From contig CAWAIF010000002.1 in NCBI GenBank assembly GCA_963782055.1, positions 256,001-320,000 on the forward strand: 64,000 nt of DNA, given 5' to 3'. The stretch's first letter is position 1. Each line of letters begins with the position of its first letter. This DNA comes from an uncultured delta proteobacterium (GTDB lineage Bacteria > Myxococcota_A > Polyangia > Polyangiales > Polyangiaceae). The notes under the pieces were generated by a model, which saw only the letters and a program-made list of their open reading frames with translations, was not told the origin of the DNA and did not search any database. Below, in pieces: positions 50,558 through 63,201 of the stretch. Both the position numbers and the translations under genes were made by a program.

Positions 50558-52039
50558 ATGACGCCGAAGACAACGCGTACACCCCTTGCCGTCTTCGGGG
50601 CGCTCGTGGCCCTGCTCGTCGTGGGTTGCGGGACCCTTCTGGACGTCGATTTCGGCGCGGCGCACGGCGCCGATGGCGGCGTCGTGGTGCAGGGGCCGGA
50701 GGGCGGGGCCTGCGTTCCGAAGTCGTGCGCCGACCAGAAGCTGGAGTGCGGCGTGCAGAACGACGGGTGCGGCAACACCCTGGACTGCGGCACCTGCAAG
50801 ACGGGCGTCTGCAAGGAAGGCGTGTGCGCGTGCGTCGGCAAGACCTGCCCCGACCTGCAGGCCGAGTGCGGCACGGTGGACGATGGCTGCGGCGGCGCGC
50901 TCGACTGCGGCACCACGTGTCCCAAGGCGGGCGAGCAGTGCGTGGGCAACAAGTGCCAGTGCGTCCCCAAGACGTGCGTCGACCTCGGCTCGCCGGAGTG
51001 CGGGACCTACCCGACTGGCTGCGGAGACACCATCGTCTGCGGCGCCAACAACGGCGTCTGTCCGAACGGCAAGTACTGCGACAACGGCAAGTGCACGAAC
51101 AACCCGTGCACCCCCAAGACGTGCGCGGCCCTCGGCAACCCGTGCAACAAGGTGAGCGACGGGTGCGGCGGCCTCGTCGGCCCCTGCGTGACGTGCACCA
51201 ATCCGCAGACGTGCGGCGGCGGCGGCGTCGCCGGGCAGTGCGGCTGCACCAAGAAGACGTGCCAGCAGGCGGGCGCCACGTGCGGCGCTCCGGCCGACGG
51301 GTGCGGCGGCGCGCTGAGCTGCGGCTCCTGCACCAAGCCGGACACCTGTGGCGGTGGCGGTACCCAGTACAAGTGCGGCTGTACGCCGACGGGGAAGTGC
51401 CCGCAGGGCGCCGACTGCGGGACGGTGCCCGACGGGTGCGGCGGCAACGTCTCGTGCGGCCCCAACTGCAAGACGCCGCAGACGTGCGGCGGGGGCGGCG
51501 CCGCGAACGTCTGTGGCTGCACGTCCAACGGGAGCTGCTCCAACTGCTGCGGGTCCGGCACCGACAACTGCGGCAAGTCGTGTTTTGGCGACCTGTGTTG
51601 CGGCGGCGGCTGTTTCCCCGCCGGCTCGCAGGTGCTGATGGCCGACGGCGCCGAGCGCGCCATCGAGACGCTCCACGCCGGGGACATGGTCATGACCTAC
51701 GTCCCCGAGACCGGCTCCCTGGTCCCGCAGGCAGTGAAGGCCCTCGTCACCCACGACCCGAGCTTCTCGCAGCATGGCATCGTGGTGATTGACGGCACCA
51801 TCCGCGCGACGCCCAACCACCCGATGTTCACCACGCGCGGCACCGTCCCGGCCGGGCAGATCCAGGTGGGCGACGAGATCGTCGTCGCGCGGCCCGGCGC
51901 GCAGGGGGCCGTCACGGCGGTCGGCAAGCAGGTAGGCAGCGTCTACATCGCGCCCGGCGGCATGGTGACCTACGACCTGAAGGTCGGCGGCACGGGCGAC
52001 ATGTTCATCCAGAACGGCGTGTTTCTTCAGAAGCAGTGA
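50558..52039 (+). CDS. Cys-rich repeat lipoprotein with C-terminal Hint domain (cassette 2, third gene)
   Basis: Lipobox VVGC; about 7 repeats around C.PK(T/S)C..CG...DGCG..CG; from 51611 CFPAGSQVLMADG...IETL..GD.V...ATPNHPMFT...TYDLKV...NGV. Confidence 0.88.
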   Translation: MTPKTTRTPLAVFGALVALLVVGCGTLLDVDFGAAHGADGGVVVQGPEGGACVPKSCADQKLECGVQNDGCGNTLDCGTCKTGVCKEGVCACVGKTCPDLQAECGTVDDGCGGALDCGTTCPKAGEQCVGNKCQCVPKTCVDLGSPECGTYPTGCGDTIVCGANNGVCPNGKYCDNGKCTNNPCTPKTCAALGNPCNKVSDGCGGLVGPCVTCTNPQTCGGGGVAGQCGCTKKTCQQAGATCGAPADGCGGALSCGSCTKPDTCGGGGTQYKCGCTPTGKCPQGADCGTVPDGCGGNVSCGPNCKTPQTCGGGGAANVCGCTSNGSCSNCCGSGTDNCGKSCFGDLCCGGGCFPAGSQVLMADGAERAIETLHAGDMVMTYVPETGSLVPQAVKALVTHDPSFSQHGIVVIDGTIRATPNHPMFTTRGTVPAGQIQVGDEIVVARPGAQGAVTAVGKQVGSVYIAPGGMVTYDLKVGGTGDMFIQNGVFLQKQ

Positions 52040-52811
52040 ACGCCTGACGGAAGGTGCGCGGCGCGCGACGCGTGCGGGTGCAGCGCGTCGCGGCGCTCAT
52101 GTAGCAGACGGTGAAGGCGCGCCGCGGGCGGGTCGTGACGTTCCTCCCGGAGCGGTGCCAGAGGTAGTTGTGGATCAGCACCACGTCGCCCGCGCGTGCG
52201 GGCACGGCCAGGGCGCGATCCTCCGCGCTCGCGCTCTGCGCCGCCGCCTTCGGCACCACGCCGCCCGCCGGCGTCACCAGCCCCGCGAGGTGCGTGCCGG
52301 GCACGACCTGGATGCAGCCCGCGTCGGCCGACGCGTCGTCCAGCGCGGTCCACACCTGGAGCGGCGGGTCGCGGTCCAGCCCCCAGAAGAGGCCGGCGTC
52401 CTGGTGCCACGGCAGGTCGGACCCGCCGCGCGCCGACTTGTTGAAGACCGCGGCGCGGTAGGTCGTCACCGCGCCGTCGATGACGCCGGCCGCGAGCCGC
52501 TCGAAGAGCGGGTTGTCCACCCACGCGGCGAAGAGCGGGTCCTTCTCCAGCTTCTCCACCTTGCGATACCCCAGCGACGGCCCCTGCCAGCCCTTGCCGT
52601 ACTCCAGGTCGTCGTAGCGCCCGGTCGCGGCGTCGTGCTGGAAGAAGAGGCCCTCACGGACGACCTCCCCGAGCATGATGGCGTCGATGCGCTCGCGCAG
52701 GGCGCGCAGCGTCACCTCGCTCGCGACGCGGGGGAGCAGGGCCCAGCCGTGCTCGCGGTAGCTCGAGAGCGCGGCGGTCACGTCATAGTCGGCGAGCGGC
52801 CGGGCGAGCAT
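52005..52811 (-). CDS. Phytanoyl-CoA dioxygenase (PhyH) family 2OG-Fe(II) oxygenase
   Basis: PWHQD, VWTALDD...GC..VVPGTH, GDVVL.H..LWHRS..N. Confidence 0.88.
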   Translation of the reverse strand: MLARPLADYDVTAALSSYREHGWALLPRVASEVTLRALRERIDAIMLGEVVREGLFFQHDAATGRYDDLEYGKGWQGPSLGYRKVEKLEKDPLFAAWVDNPLFERLAAGVIDGAVTTYRAAVFNKSARGGSDLPWHQDAGLFWGLDRDPPLQVWTALDDASADAGCIQVVPGTHLAGLVTPAGGVVPKAAAQSASAEDRALAVPARAGDVVLIHNYLWHRSGRNVTTRPRRAFTVCYMSAATRCTRTRRAPRTFRQAFTASEETRRSG

Positions 52812-52813
52812 GG

Positions 52814-53791
52814 TCAGCGCGCGTAGGTGGCGTCGGTGCCGGCGAGCGCGCGGTGGATGGCGTCCACCTTGCGTGACGCCTCCTCCGGCACCGGCTTCTG
52901 CACGGCGGCGATGGCGTCCTCCAGGTGCGCCACGCTGCCCGGCCCGACGAGCACCGAGTCCACGCCCGGACGCCTCGCCTCCCACGCGTAGGCGAGCTCG
53001 AGCAGTCGCATCCCGGCGTCCGCCGCCACCGCGGCGAGCTGCTCGGTCGCGTCGAAGAAGGCGTCGGAGAGGTAGCGCCGCGCGTAGAGCGCGTTGTGGT
53101 CGAAGCGGGAGCCCGCCAGCGTGGAGCGGTCGCGCTCGTGCTTGCCCGCGAGCAGCCCGCCGGCGAGCGGGTTGTAGACCGTCGTGTGGATGGGGTAGCG
53201 CCGGGAGAACTTGAAGTACTCCACGTCCAGCTGGCGGATGAGCAGGTTGTACATCTGCTGCGAGACCACCGGCCGCGGCATGCCCGCGCGGTCGGCGAGC
53301 TGCATGATCTCCAGGATCTGCCAGGAGGCGTAGTTGGAGACACCCCAGCGGCGCACCTTGCCCGCGCGGAGCAGCTCGTGCATGGCGCCGAGCGACTCCT
53401 CGATGGGCGTCGTGGGGTCGGGGACGTGGAGGTAGTACAGGTCGATGGCGCCGACGCCCAGCCGGCCCAGGCTCTCGTCGCAGGCGGCGGCGATGCGCGC
53501 GGCGGAGAGGCCCTCCGGCGCGCCGGACGTCCGCCCGAAGCCGACCTTCGTCGCGACCAGCACCTGGTCGTGCTTGCCGCGCACCGCCTCGCCGACGAGG
53601 CGCTCCGACTCCCCACCGTTGTAGGCGTTGGCGGTGTCGAAGAGGGCGATGCCGGCGTCCAGCGCGCGTGCCATGATGCGCAGCGACTCCTCCCGGGAGG
53701 TACGCTTGCCGAAGTTCATGCAGCCCAGCACGAGCGGCGCAGGCGCGTCGCCCTGCCTGGGCTGAAAGTAACGGTCGGATCCCCGATGCAT
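52814..53791 (-). CDS. Aldo/keto reductase
   Basis: LGCMNFG, FDTANAY..GESE, VATK, IDLYYLH, GKVR.WGVSN, YNPLAGGLL. Confidence 0.9.
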   Translation of the reverse strand: MHRGSDRYFQPRQGDAPAPLVLGCMNFGKRTSREESLRIMARALDAGIALFDTANAYNGGESERLVGEAVRGKHDQVLVATKVGFGRTSGAPEGLSAARIAAACDESLGRLGVGAIDLYYLHVPDPTTPIEESLGAMHELLRAGKVRRWGVSNYASWQILEIMQLADRAGMPRPVVSQQMYNLLIRQLDVEYFKFSRRYPIHTTVYNPLAGGLLAGKHERDRSTLAGSRFDHNALYARRYLSDAFFDATEQLAAVAADAGMRLLELAYAWEARRPGVDSVLVGPGSVAHLEDAIAAVQKPVPEEASRKVDAIHRALAGTDATYAR

Positions 53792-54391
53792 CGCCGCCCT
53801 TTCTACCACCTCGCGCTGGCGCTCGCCCTCCTGGCGACGCCGGCCTCGGCCCATTTCCGCGGCATCTCCTCCAGCGACTACACCCTGGGCGAGGACGGGC
53901 GCGTCGGCGCGAAGATGACGATCGCCCTGGCCGACCTGGCCTCCATCGACCCCGACGCGAAGGATCCCGCCTCCGAGGCCGTGGCGCGCAGGGTCTGGGA
54001 CCGGGGCGTGGAGGTGAAGGGGGACGGCAAGGCGTGCGCGCCCGCCGACGAGCACGCCGAGAAATCCGGCGGCGACGGCCTGGACCTCACCGCGACCTTC
54101 GCCTGCCCCGCCGGGACCAGAAAGCTGCAGATTACACTCTTCTTCCTCGACGACGTCTTCGCCTCCCACCGCCACGTGGCCCGCATCACCGCCGGCCGCG
54201 AGACGGTGCAGAAGGTCCTCTCCCCCGCCGACAGGGTCGTCACGTGGGAGTCCCGCGAGCCCGCGCGCCCCGCGCACGGCCTCCGCGCGGGCCGTGGCCT
54301 CACCCTCGCGGCCGCCGTCGCCGGGGCCGCGCTCTTCTTGTGGCTCGGCCGTCGCCGCGCGCGCCGTGCTTCCACTACACTCGGCTCGTGA
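53786..54391 (+). CDS. Exported protein with C-terminal TM and basic tail (resembles the periplasmic N-domain of HupE/UreJ-like proteins)
   Basis: Signal peptide ASA followed by His; a Cys pair; TM followed by RRRARR. Confidence 0.55.
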   Translation: MHRRPFYHLALALALLATPASAHFRGISSSDYTLGEDGRVGAKMTIALADLASIDPDAKDPASEAVARRVWDRGVEVKGDGKACAPADEHAEKSGGDGLDLTATFACPAGTRKLQITLFFLDDVFASHRHVARITAGRETVQKVLSPADRVVTWESREPARPAHGLRAGRGLTLAAAVAGAALFLWLGRRRARRASTTLGS

Positions 54392-55686
54392 ACGACAAGC
54401 TCGCCATCCTCGTCGCCGGCGGTCCCGCGCCGGGCATCAACAGCGTCATCGGCGCCGCCACCATCCGCGCGTGCCTCTCCGGCGTGCCCGTGCTCGGCAT
54501 CCAGGAGGGCTTCCGGTGGATCATGGAGGGGGACACCTCCCGCGTCGTCCCGCTCTCCATCGTCGAGACCAGCCGCATCCACTTCCGTGGCGGCTCCTTC
54601 CTCGGCATCTCGCGCGCCAACCCCACCAAGAAGCCGGAGCTGCTCTCCCGCGCGCTGGAGTCGCTGGACCGCCTGGGCGTCGGCATGCTCATCACCATCG
54701 GCGGCGACGACACCGCCTACAGCGCGTACCGCCTCGCGCAGGCCTCCCGCGGGGCGCTGCGCGTCGTGCACGTGCCCAAGACCATCGACAACGACCTGGA
54801 CCTCCCGGAGGGCACGCCGACGTTCGGCTACATCACCGCGCGGAGCATCGGCGTGGGCGTCGTGCAAAATCTGATGGTGGACGCCAAGACCACCGGGCGC
54901 TGGTACCTGGTGGTGGCGATGGGGCGGAAGGCGGGGCACCTGGCGCTGGGGATCGGCAAGGCGGCGGGCGCGACGATCACCCTCATCCCGGAGGAGTTCA
55001 CCGGGCACAACGCGCGCCTGTCCATGATCGTCGATACGCTGGCCGGGTCGGTGATCAAGCGCCTCGCGTCGGGACGCACCGACGGCGTCGCCGTCCTCGC
55101 GGAGGGCCTGGTGGAGACGCTCCCGGAGGAGGAGCTGGCCGGGCTCGCGACGGCCGAGCGCGACGAGCACGGCCACATCCGCCTCGCCGAGATCGACTTC
55201 GGCGAGATCATCAAGACCGCCCTGCGCAAGCGGCTCGCCGCGCTCGGGCTGCACCCCACCCTCGTCGCCAAGAACATCGGCTACGAGCTGCGCTGCGCCG
55301 ACCCGGTCCCCACCGACATGGAGTACACGCGCGACCTCGGCTACTGCGCCGCGCGCTACGTCATCGAGGGCGGCTCCAACGTGCTCATCTCCATGCTGGC
55401 GGGGAGCTTCAAGCCCATCCCCTTCGCCTCCATCATGGACCCGGCGACGGGTCGCATGCGCGTGCGCATGGTGAAGCTGGACTCCGACCGCTACCGCATC
55501 GCGCGCACGTACATGCTCCGCCTCCGCAGGAGCGACCTGGACGACCGCCCGGAGATGCAGCGCCTCGGCGCCACCGTGGGCATGAAGCCGTCGGCGTTCC
55601 GGCAGGAGTTCCAGCACGTGTTCGACGCCGACCTGGAACCCATCCGGAACCTGAGCGACATCCCGCCGCCCGTCGCGCCCAGGTAG
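54388..55686 (+). CDS. pfp: Pyrophosphate-dependent phosphofructokinase
   Basis: GGPAPGIN, IGGDDT and PKTIDND (Asp/Lys pair diagnostic of PPi use), MGRKAGHL, GYELRC. Confidence 0.88.
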   Translation: MNDKLAILVAGGPAPGINSVIGAATIRACLSGVPVLGIQEGFRWIMEGDTSRVVPLSIVETSRIHFRGGSFLGISRANPTKKPELLSRALESLDRLGVGMLITIGGDDTAYSAYRLAQASRGALRVVHVPKTIDNDLDLPEGTPTFGYITARSIGVGVVQNLMVDAKTTGRWYLVVAMGRKAGHLALGIGKAAGATITLIPEEFTGHNARLSMIVDTLAGSVIKRLASGRTDGVAVLAEGLVETLPEEELAGLATAERDEHGHIRLAEIDFGEIIKTALRKRLAALGLHPTLVAKNIGYELRCADPVPTDMEYTRDLGYCAARYVIEGGSNVLISMLAGSFKPIPFASIMDPATGRMRVRMVKLDSDRYRIARTYMLRLRRSDLDDRPEMQRLGATVGMKPSAFRQEFQHVFDADLEPIRNLSDIPPPVAPR

Positions 55687-55760
55687 CGGCTGGATTATTC
55701 CAGGGTCCGCGCATTCCCCCACCCTCGGGAACCCGTCGTGAAGGAGCCTGTCCCATAGCC

Positions 55761-58700
55761 ATGCGCCGCCGCCTCCTCTCCATCGCCGGCCTCCTCGTCG
55801 CGGCCTCCCTCGGGGTGCTCGCCCCGCACGCCGCGGGCGCGCAGCCGGATCCCGCGGCGCGTGGACTGGACACCTTCATCGAGTCCAGTCAGGCCGCCAT
55901 CTCCGGCGGCACGCTCCCGGTGCAGCTGGAGACCTTCGGCTTCCCGGTCGCCAACGCGATGAAGCCGCTCGCCGGCGTGCAGGTCGACGCCGCGTGGGAC
56001 CCGGAGTCGCTCGGTCCCAACGTGGCGGCGGCGCCGCCCGCGGTCTCCGCCAAGAGCGACGCCCAGGGCCACCTCACGCTCGTGGTGCCGGTGCCTCGCG
56101 GCGACGCGCGCCCGCTCAAGCTCCTCGTCGGCCTCCGCTACGGCGCGCACGCGCGCACGCGGACGGTCACCGTCAAGCGCACCCTCGCGGATCGCGTGGA
56201 GCTTCACGTCGCAGACGCGCGCGTGGTGCCCGGCAGCACGCTCACCGCGTGGGTCACCGTGCGCAGCGCGACGGACGCATCGCCGGAGGGGCAGGTCCCG
56301 GTGGAGGTCGCCCTGCGCGAGGGGGCCTACGCGCGCACGACGCTGCGCGCGGTGACCGACGCCTCCGGCACCGCCGTCGTCCGCGTCCCCATCCCCACCA
56401 CCGACGACCCGAGCTGGACCTGGAACCTGGTCGCCTCGGTGAGCCGCGGGGACGTGGAGAGCACCTCCAGCGCGACCCTCACGCCGCGTGACGAGACGCC
56501 GGGCCTGCCGCAGGTCCGGGCGCACTTCGACGCGCCCAACGTGGACGTCGGCAAGCAGGTGGGCTTCACCATCGTCCTGCGCGATGGCAGCGGCGAGCCC
56601 ATCGCCGGCTTGCCGCTGCGCTACTGGCTCGGACCCACCGGCACGCACGCGCCCACCGAGGAGAAGGCGTGGCTCGCGGCCTCGAAGCCCGCGAAGACCA
56701 GCACCGTCGGGGAGGTCCACGGCACCGCCGACGCGCCGAAGGTCCTCGCCCCCGGCGCGGCGGTGGACGTGCAGCTGGTGGTGCGCACCACCTTCGAGGG
56801 CCGCGCGCTCACCACGGCGACCTCGGTGCCGGTGAGCTCCTCCGCCGCCTACGCGATGCTCTCCCCGGAGGCTCGCCGCATCGTGCCCGGCCTGGAGCAG
56901 CGCATGCTCCTCATCGTGCGCGACGGGGACGACCACCCCATCGTCGGGCGCTTCCGTGTCGAGGGCGACGGCCTCGCCCAGGAGGTGAGCACCGACGCCG
57001 CCGGGGAGGCGGAGATCACGTGGAAGCCGCCCGCCGACCTGGGCGCGCGCCGTGACGTCGGGCCTTGCGCCGGAGGTGTCGCCGCGACGGTGCGGGTGCG
57101 CCCTCTCGGCACCATCCTGGCGCTCGCGTCGCACCCGGAGCCCTTCGACCTGTGCGTGCAGGTGGACCGCGACCAGGACGCGATGGTCCACCTGGACCAC
57201 ACCATCGCGCGGCTCGGCGGGGAGGTCCACGCGCGTGCCTTCGCGCGGACCGGCGGCGCCGGCCCGTGGAGCGTGACGGTGCGCGATTCCGCACGGCACC
57301 ATCGCCGGGACGCGCTGGATGAACGACGGCGCCGCGGGCGTCGACATCCCGCTGCGCGGCGGCGAGCCGGGCGTGTGGACCATCGAGGCCTCCGAGCCGC
57401 AGGCCGCCCGGGCCGCGCGCGTCGCGTCCACCGCGCTCATGGTCCTGCCGGCGACCCTCCCGCGCATCTCGGCGAAGATCACCGGCGGCCGCGCGGTGCC
57501 CAACGGTAGGGTGGAGGTGGACGCCCGCGTCTACGACGACGCGGGCAAGCCGCTGGTCGGCACCGTCGCCGCGGTGCTGGTGGACCTGGAGGGCGGCGGC
57601 TCCCTCGCCGGGCTGGAGGCCTTCGACACCCGCGCGCACCTCTGCAGGGCGCTCGGCGCCAACCGCGACCGCTGCGCCGCGGCGCTCTCCACCGGTCCGG
57701 AGCTCGACGCCTTCCGCCGCGGCCATCTGGGCGACAGGCTGGGCCTCCCGCCCTCGCCGCTCCACGACCCGGGCGAGACCCTGAAGTCCGACCTGGACGA
57801 CGCCTTCGCCGAGGTGCTCCGGTCCCTGGAGGGCGCGGTGTACGAGGCGACCTCCTCGCCCGACCGGCTGAAGGACGTGCGTCGCAAGGAGGGCGGCCGC
57901 TTCGTCTTCAACCCCGAGCTTCTGACCCTCACCACCGCGGCGATGGACCACCCGCCGCGCACGCCGGGCGGCGAGCCCATCGTGCTGGGAGACCTGCTCG
58001 ACGTCGACAGGCAGGTCACCTTCGACAACGTCGCCCGGCGCGTCACGCGGCTGAAGCTCTTCCGCGTGCTCGCGGCGGTGCGCGGCTACAAGCTGGACGA
58101 GCGCCTCACCGACGACGAGCCCGTCTTCCGCGACCCCGACGCGCTGCTGCGGCGGCTGGCGCGCGACGGCACCCTCACGCAGGACCAGCTCCTCGACCCG
58201 TGGGGCGGCACCATGCAGTTCGTCAAGAACGGCACGCCCGCCTTCCCCTTCCTGAGCGTCGTGCGCGGGTGGGAGCTTCGCTCGCCCGGGCCGGACGGGC
58301 GGCTGGGGACGGCTGACGACGTCCGCGATCCCTTCGGCCGCGTGGTGACCAGCAAGTCGCCGTACGCGCGCGCGGTGGACGAGGACCGCATCGTCGACGC
58401 CAAGTACGACGTGCGCGTCGCCGACTCCACCGTCTCCGCGTGGCAGTCGCTGCTGGAGGCGAACACCGGGACGCAGCTCGGCGGATTGGGCCTCTCCGGG
58501 ATCGGCACGGGAGGCGGCGGCTCGGGGGAGGGCACCGGCTACGGCTACGGCCGCGGGGGCCTGGGTCACGGCGCCGCCGTGCGCCCGCGGACCGCGCTCG
58601 CCACCGGAGACGCCTTCTTCGCGGCGCCGGTGCGCACCGACGCCGACGGGCACGTGCACTTCTCGGTGCCGCTCGGCTCGGCGGAGACGACCTGGGGCCT

Positions 58701-60486
58701 GGGCCTGGTGGCGCTGCCGGACCACGCGCCCCCCGCCACGGCGAAGCTGGAGATCCCCGCGGCGCTCCCCGTCTCGGCGAGCGCTTACGCCGGCGACGTC
58801 TGGACCGAGGGCGACGAGGTCTCGGTGCGCGTCGCGGTGCGCAACCGCACGGCCGCGCCCCTCCGCGCCACGCTCGACCTGGCCGCCGGCGGCGTCGCGG
58901 CGATCGTCGACCGCGCCGGCCCGCGGCGGACCCTCGACGTCCCGGCGGCCGGCGTCGCCTACCTCCCGGTGCGCGTGCGCGCGGCGCGGACCGGCGAGGC
59001 CAGCCTGCAGGTCCACGTCTCGGCGCCCGGGCACCCGGACGACACGTCTCGCCTCACCTGGCGGGTGAAGCCCTACGCCGAGCCGATCACCACCACGCAG
59101 GCCCGCTGGGTGGAGGGCTCGGCGGACGTGGAGGTCGTCCCCGTCGCGGGTCAACGCTTGACGGGTCAAGCACGCCTGGTGCTGAGCCGCGGCTTCGGCG
59201 ACGCCATCGACGGCGCGCTGCAGGCGCTCGACGCCGACCGGCTCACCGCGCCCACGAGCCTGGCCGACGCCGCCGAGGCGGCGTCGCGCATCGACCGCTT
59301 CGCCGTCAACCACTACGGCGAGGGCTCGGCCCTCCACGCCCGCGCCACCGCCCTGCTGCGCCGCGCGTCGGGGCGGCTGGGCCTGCAGGTCGGCAAGGCC
59401 TCCTCGCGGCCCGACGCGTGGGTGTCCACGCAGCGGCTCATGGCGTACGCCCCGGAGGACCTCCGGCCGAAGCGCAAGAAGGCCGACGCCGAAACATGCC
59501 CCCCCACCAAGCTGGAGCTGCCGGAGCGGGTGGCCGCCCTGGACATCGCGCCCGCGTCGGGCTCGCTGCCGTGCTGGGAGACCTTCATCTCCGAGACGGC
59601 GAGCTCGGTCCACGACACCGACGACCTCGCCCTGCTGGCGCGCGCCATCATCGCCCTGACCCAGCGCGGGGACCGCGCCATGCTCGCCGGAAGCCTCGCC
59701 GAGCGGCTGCGCACGGCCGTCGCGTTGCAGCCCAGCGGAGCGATCCGCTTCGCCGGCAGCCGCGCCGAGCGCGCCACCATCTACGCCGCGCTGCTCGCGT
59801 CCAACCAGCTGGGCAAGACCGCCGTCGCGACCGACCGTCTCTCCGCGTGGATCACCGTCGACCGCGACGCCTCCGGCTCCTTCGGCTCGACGTCCGCCAC
59901 CCTCGCGGTGGTGCGCGCGCTGCTGGGTACGGGCCTGTCCAGCGCGCCGCCCACGCGCGTCACCATCACGGCGGACGGCGGCCCCGCGCGCACCGTCACC
60001 GTCCCCGCCTCCGGATCCATCGTGATGGCGCTGGGCGCCCGCACCACCAAGGTCACCGTCGAGACGCAGGGGCCGGGCATCGTGGCGCGTCTGGAGCGGC
60101 CGCTCCTGCGCTCCTTCGACATGACCCCCGACGTCTCCAGCAGCCCGCTGCGCGTGGAGGTCACCTGGCCGGCCGACGCGCGCGCGGGCAAGCTGGGCAC
60201 CGTCCACCTCGCCATCCGCAACAGCACGGGCGCGGAGGAGGAGCTGCTCACCCGCATCCCGCTGCCGCCGGGCGTGGGCCTCGCCGAGCCGGAGAAGGGC
60301 GTCAAGCAGCTCCAGGGCTCGCTGGTGGTGCGCCGCCGGGTCTCCTCCTACGGCGACGTGGTGGTGGACGTCCCGCTCCGCTTCACCCTCGCCGGGCGCC
60401 TGCGCGTGCCGGAGGGGCGCGTCTACGCGCCGCTGTCGCCCATCCCGCGCGGCATCGCGCCGGCGCGCCCCCTCGTCGTCCGCTGA
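55761..60486 (+). CDS. Alpha-2-macroglobulin-like exported protein, split by a +1 frameshift near 57288
   Basis: Signal peptide; repeated TDxxG MG-like beta domains; TDADG.V.F.VPL....TTW; helical TED-like region with G.FGSTSAT; IPLPPG; removing one T of GATTC (57285-57289) joins the two ORFs. Confidence 0.7.
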
Positions 60487-60611
60487 GCGCGCGGATTCTC
60501 GCGCGAGCGGCGCGATGGAGGCGCAGAGCCCGCGCCCACGTCGCGATCGGAGCGGAAGACCATGGACTCGCGGGCCGTCAGGGGATAGCTACATGCCCCC
60601 AAGGAGCACCG

Positions 60612-61271
60612 ATGGCTTCTCCCATGACCTTCTGGAGAACGCTCGCCGGCAAGAAGGCCGTCATGGCCGTCACGGGCGTCATCCTCGTTCTGTTCATCAT
60701 CGAGCACATGGCCGGCGATCTGCTTGTCTTCGGCGGCCCGGAGAAGCTCAACGCCTACTCCCACTTCCTCAAGCACACCATCATCGAGGTGACGTGGGTG
60801 CTGCGTGCGGGACTCTTCGTCTCGCTCGTCCTGCACGTCGTCGCGGCCATCCAGGTCGCCGTCGCCTCGCGGGCGGCGCGGCCGGTGGGCTACGCCGTGA
60901 AGAAGGACATCGCGACGAGCTACGCGGCGCGCACCATGCGGTGGACCGGCCCGCTGCTGCTCGTCTACGTCGTCTACCACCTGATGATGTTCACCTTCCT
61001 GACGACGGGCCCGGGCTACAGCTCCACCGACGTCTACCGCAACGTGGTCCTCGCCTTCTCCGTCCCGTGGATCGCCGGCGTCTACGTCGCGGCGATGCTC
61101 ATGCTGGGCCTGCACCTGTACCACGGCACCTGGAGCATGCTTCAGACGCTCGGCGCCGGCCGGGCGAAGCAGCCCGCGCTCCGCCGCACGGTCGCGCCGG
61201 CCTTCGCGATCCTCGTCACGGCCGGGTACGTCTCCATTCCGCTCGCGGTGCTCGCGGGCCTGGTGAAATGA
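60612..61271 (+). CDS. sdhC: Succinate dehydrogenase cytochrome b subunit
   Basis: [10 protein letters not shown]...HM.G, heme His residues, HLYHG.WS..QTLG; precedes sdhA. Confidence 0.9.
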   Translation: MASPMTFWRTLAGKKAVMAVTGVILVLFIIEHMAGDLLVFGGPEKLNAYSHFLKHTIIEVTWVLRAGLFVSLVLHVVAAIQVAVASRAARPVGYAVKKDIATSYAARTMRWTGPLLLVYVVYHLMMFTFLTTGPGYSSTDVYRNVVLAFSVPWIAGVYVAAMLMLGLHLYHGTWSMLQTLGAGRAKQPALRRTVAPAFAILVTAGYVSIPLAVLAGLVK

Positions 61272-61284
61272 GGGAGCGCGCGCG

Positions 61285-63197
<1,913 letters not shown>

Positions 63198-63201
<4 letters not shown>

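Noticed and set aside
51611..52039. Hint domain as a mobile, splicing intein
   Set aside because: No homing endonuclease, no C-extein and no His-Asn-(Cys/Ser/Thr) junction
52005..52039. 35-bp tail-to-tail overlap of the Hint gene and the PhyH gene
   Set aside because: Short convergent overlaps are common in compact high-GC genomes
52005..53791. PhyH dioxygenase plus aldo/keto reductase as a biosynthetic gene cluster
   Set aside because: No scaffold-forming enzyme (PKS, NRPS, RiPP precursor or terpene synthase) in the window
55690..55755. CTGGA-TTAT-TCCAG dyad and GGAACC...GTCCCA ECF-like promoter before the A2M-like gene
   Set aside because: Short motifs that can arise by chance; no supporting second instance
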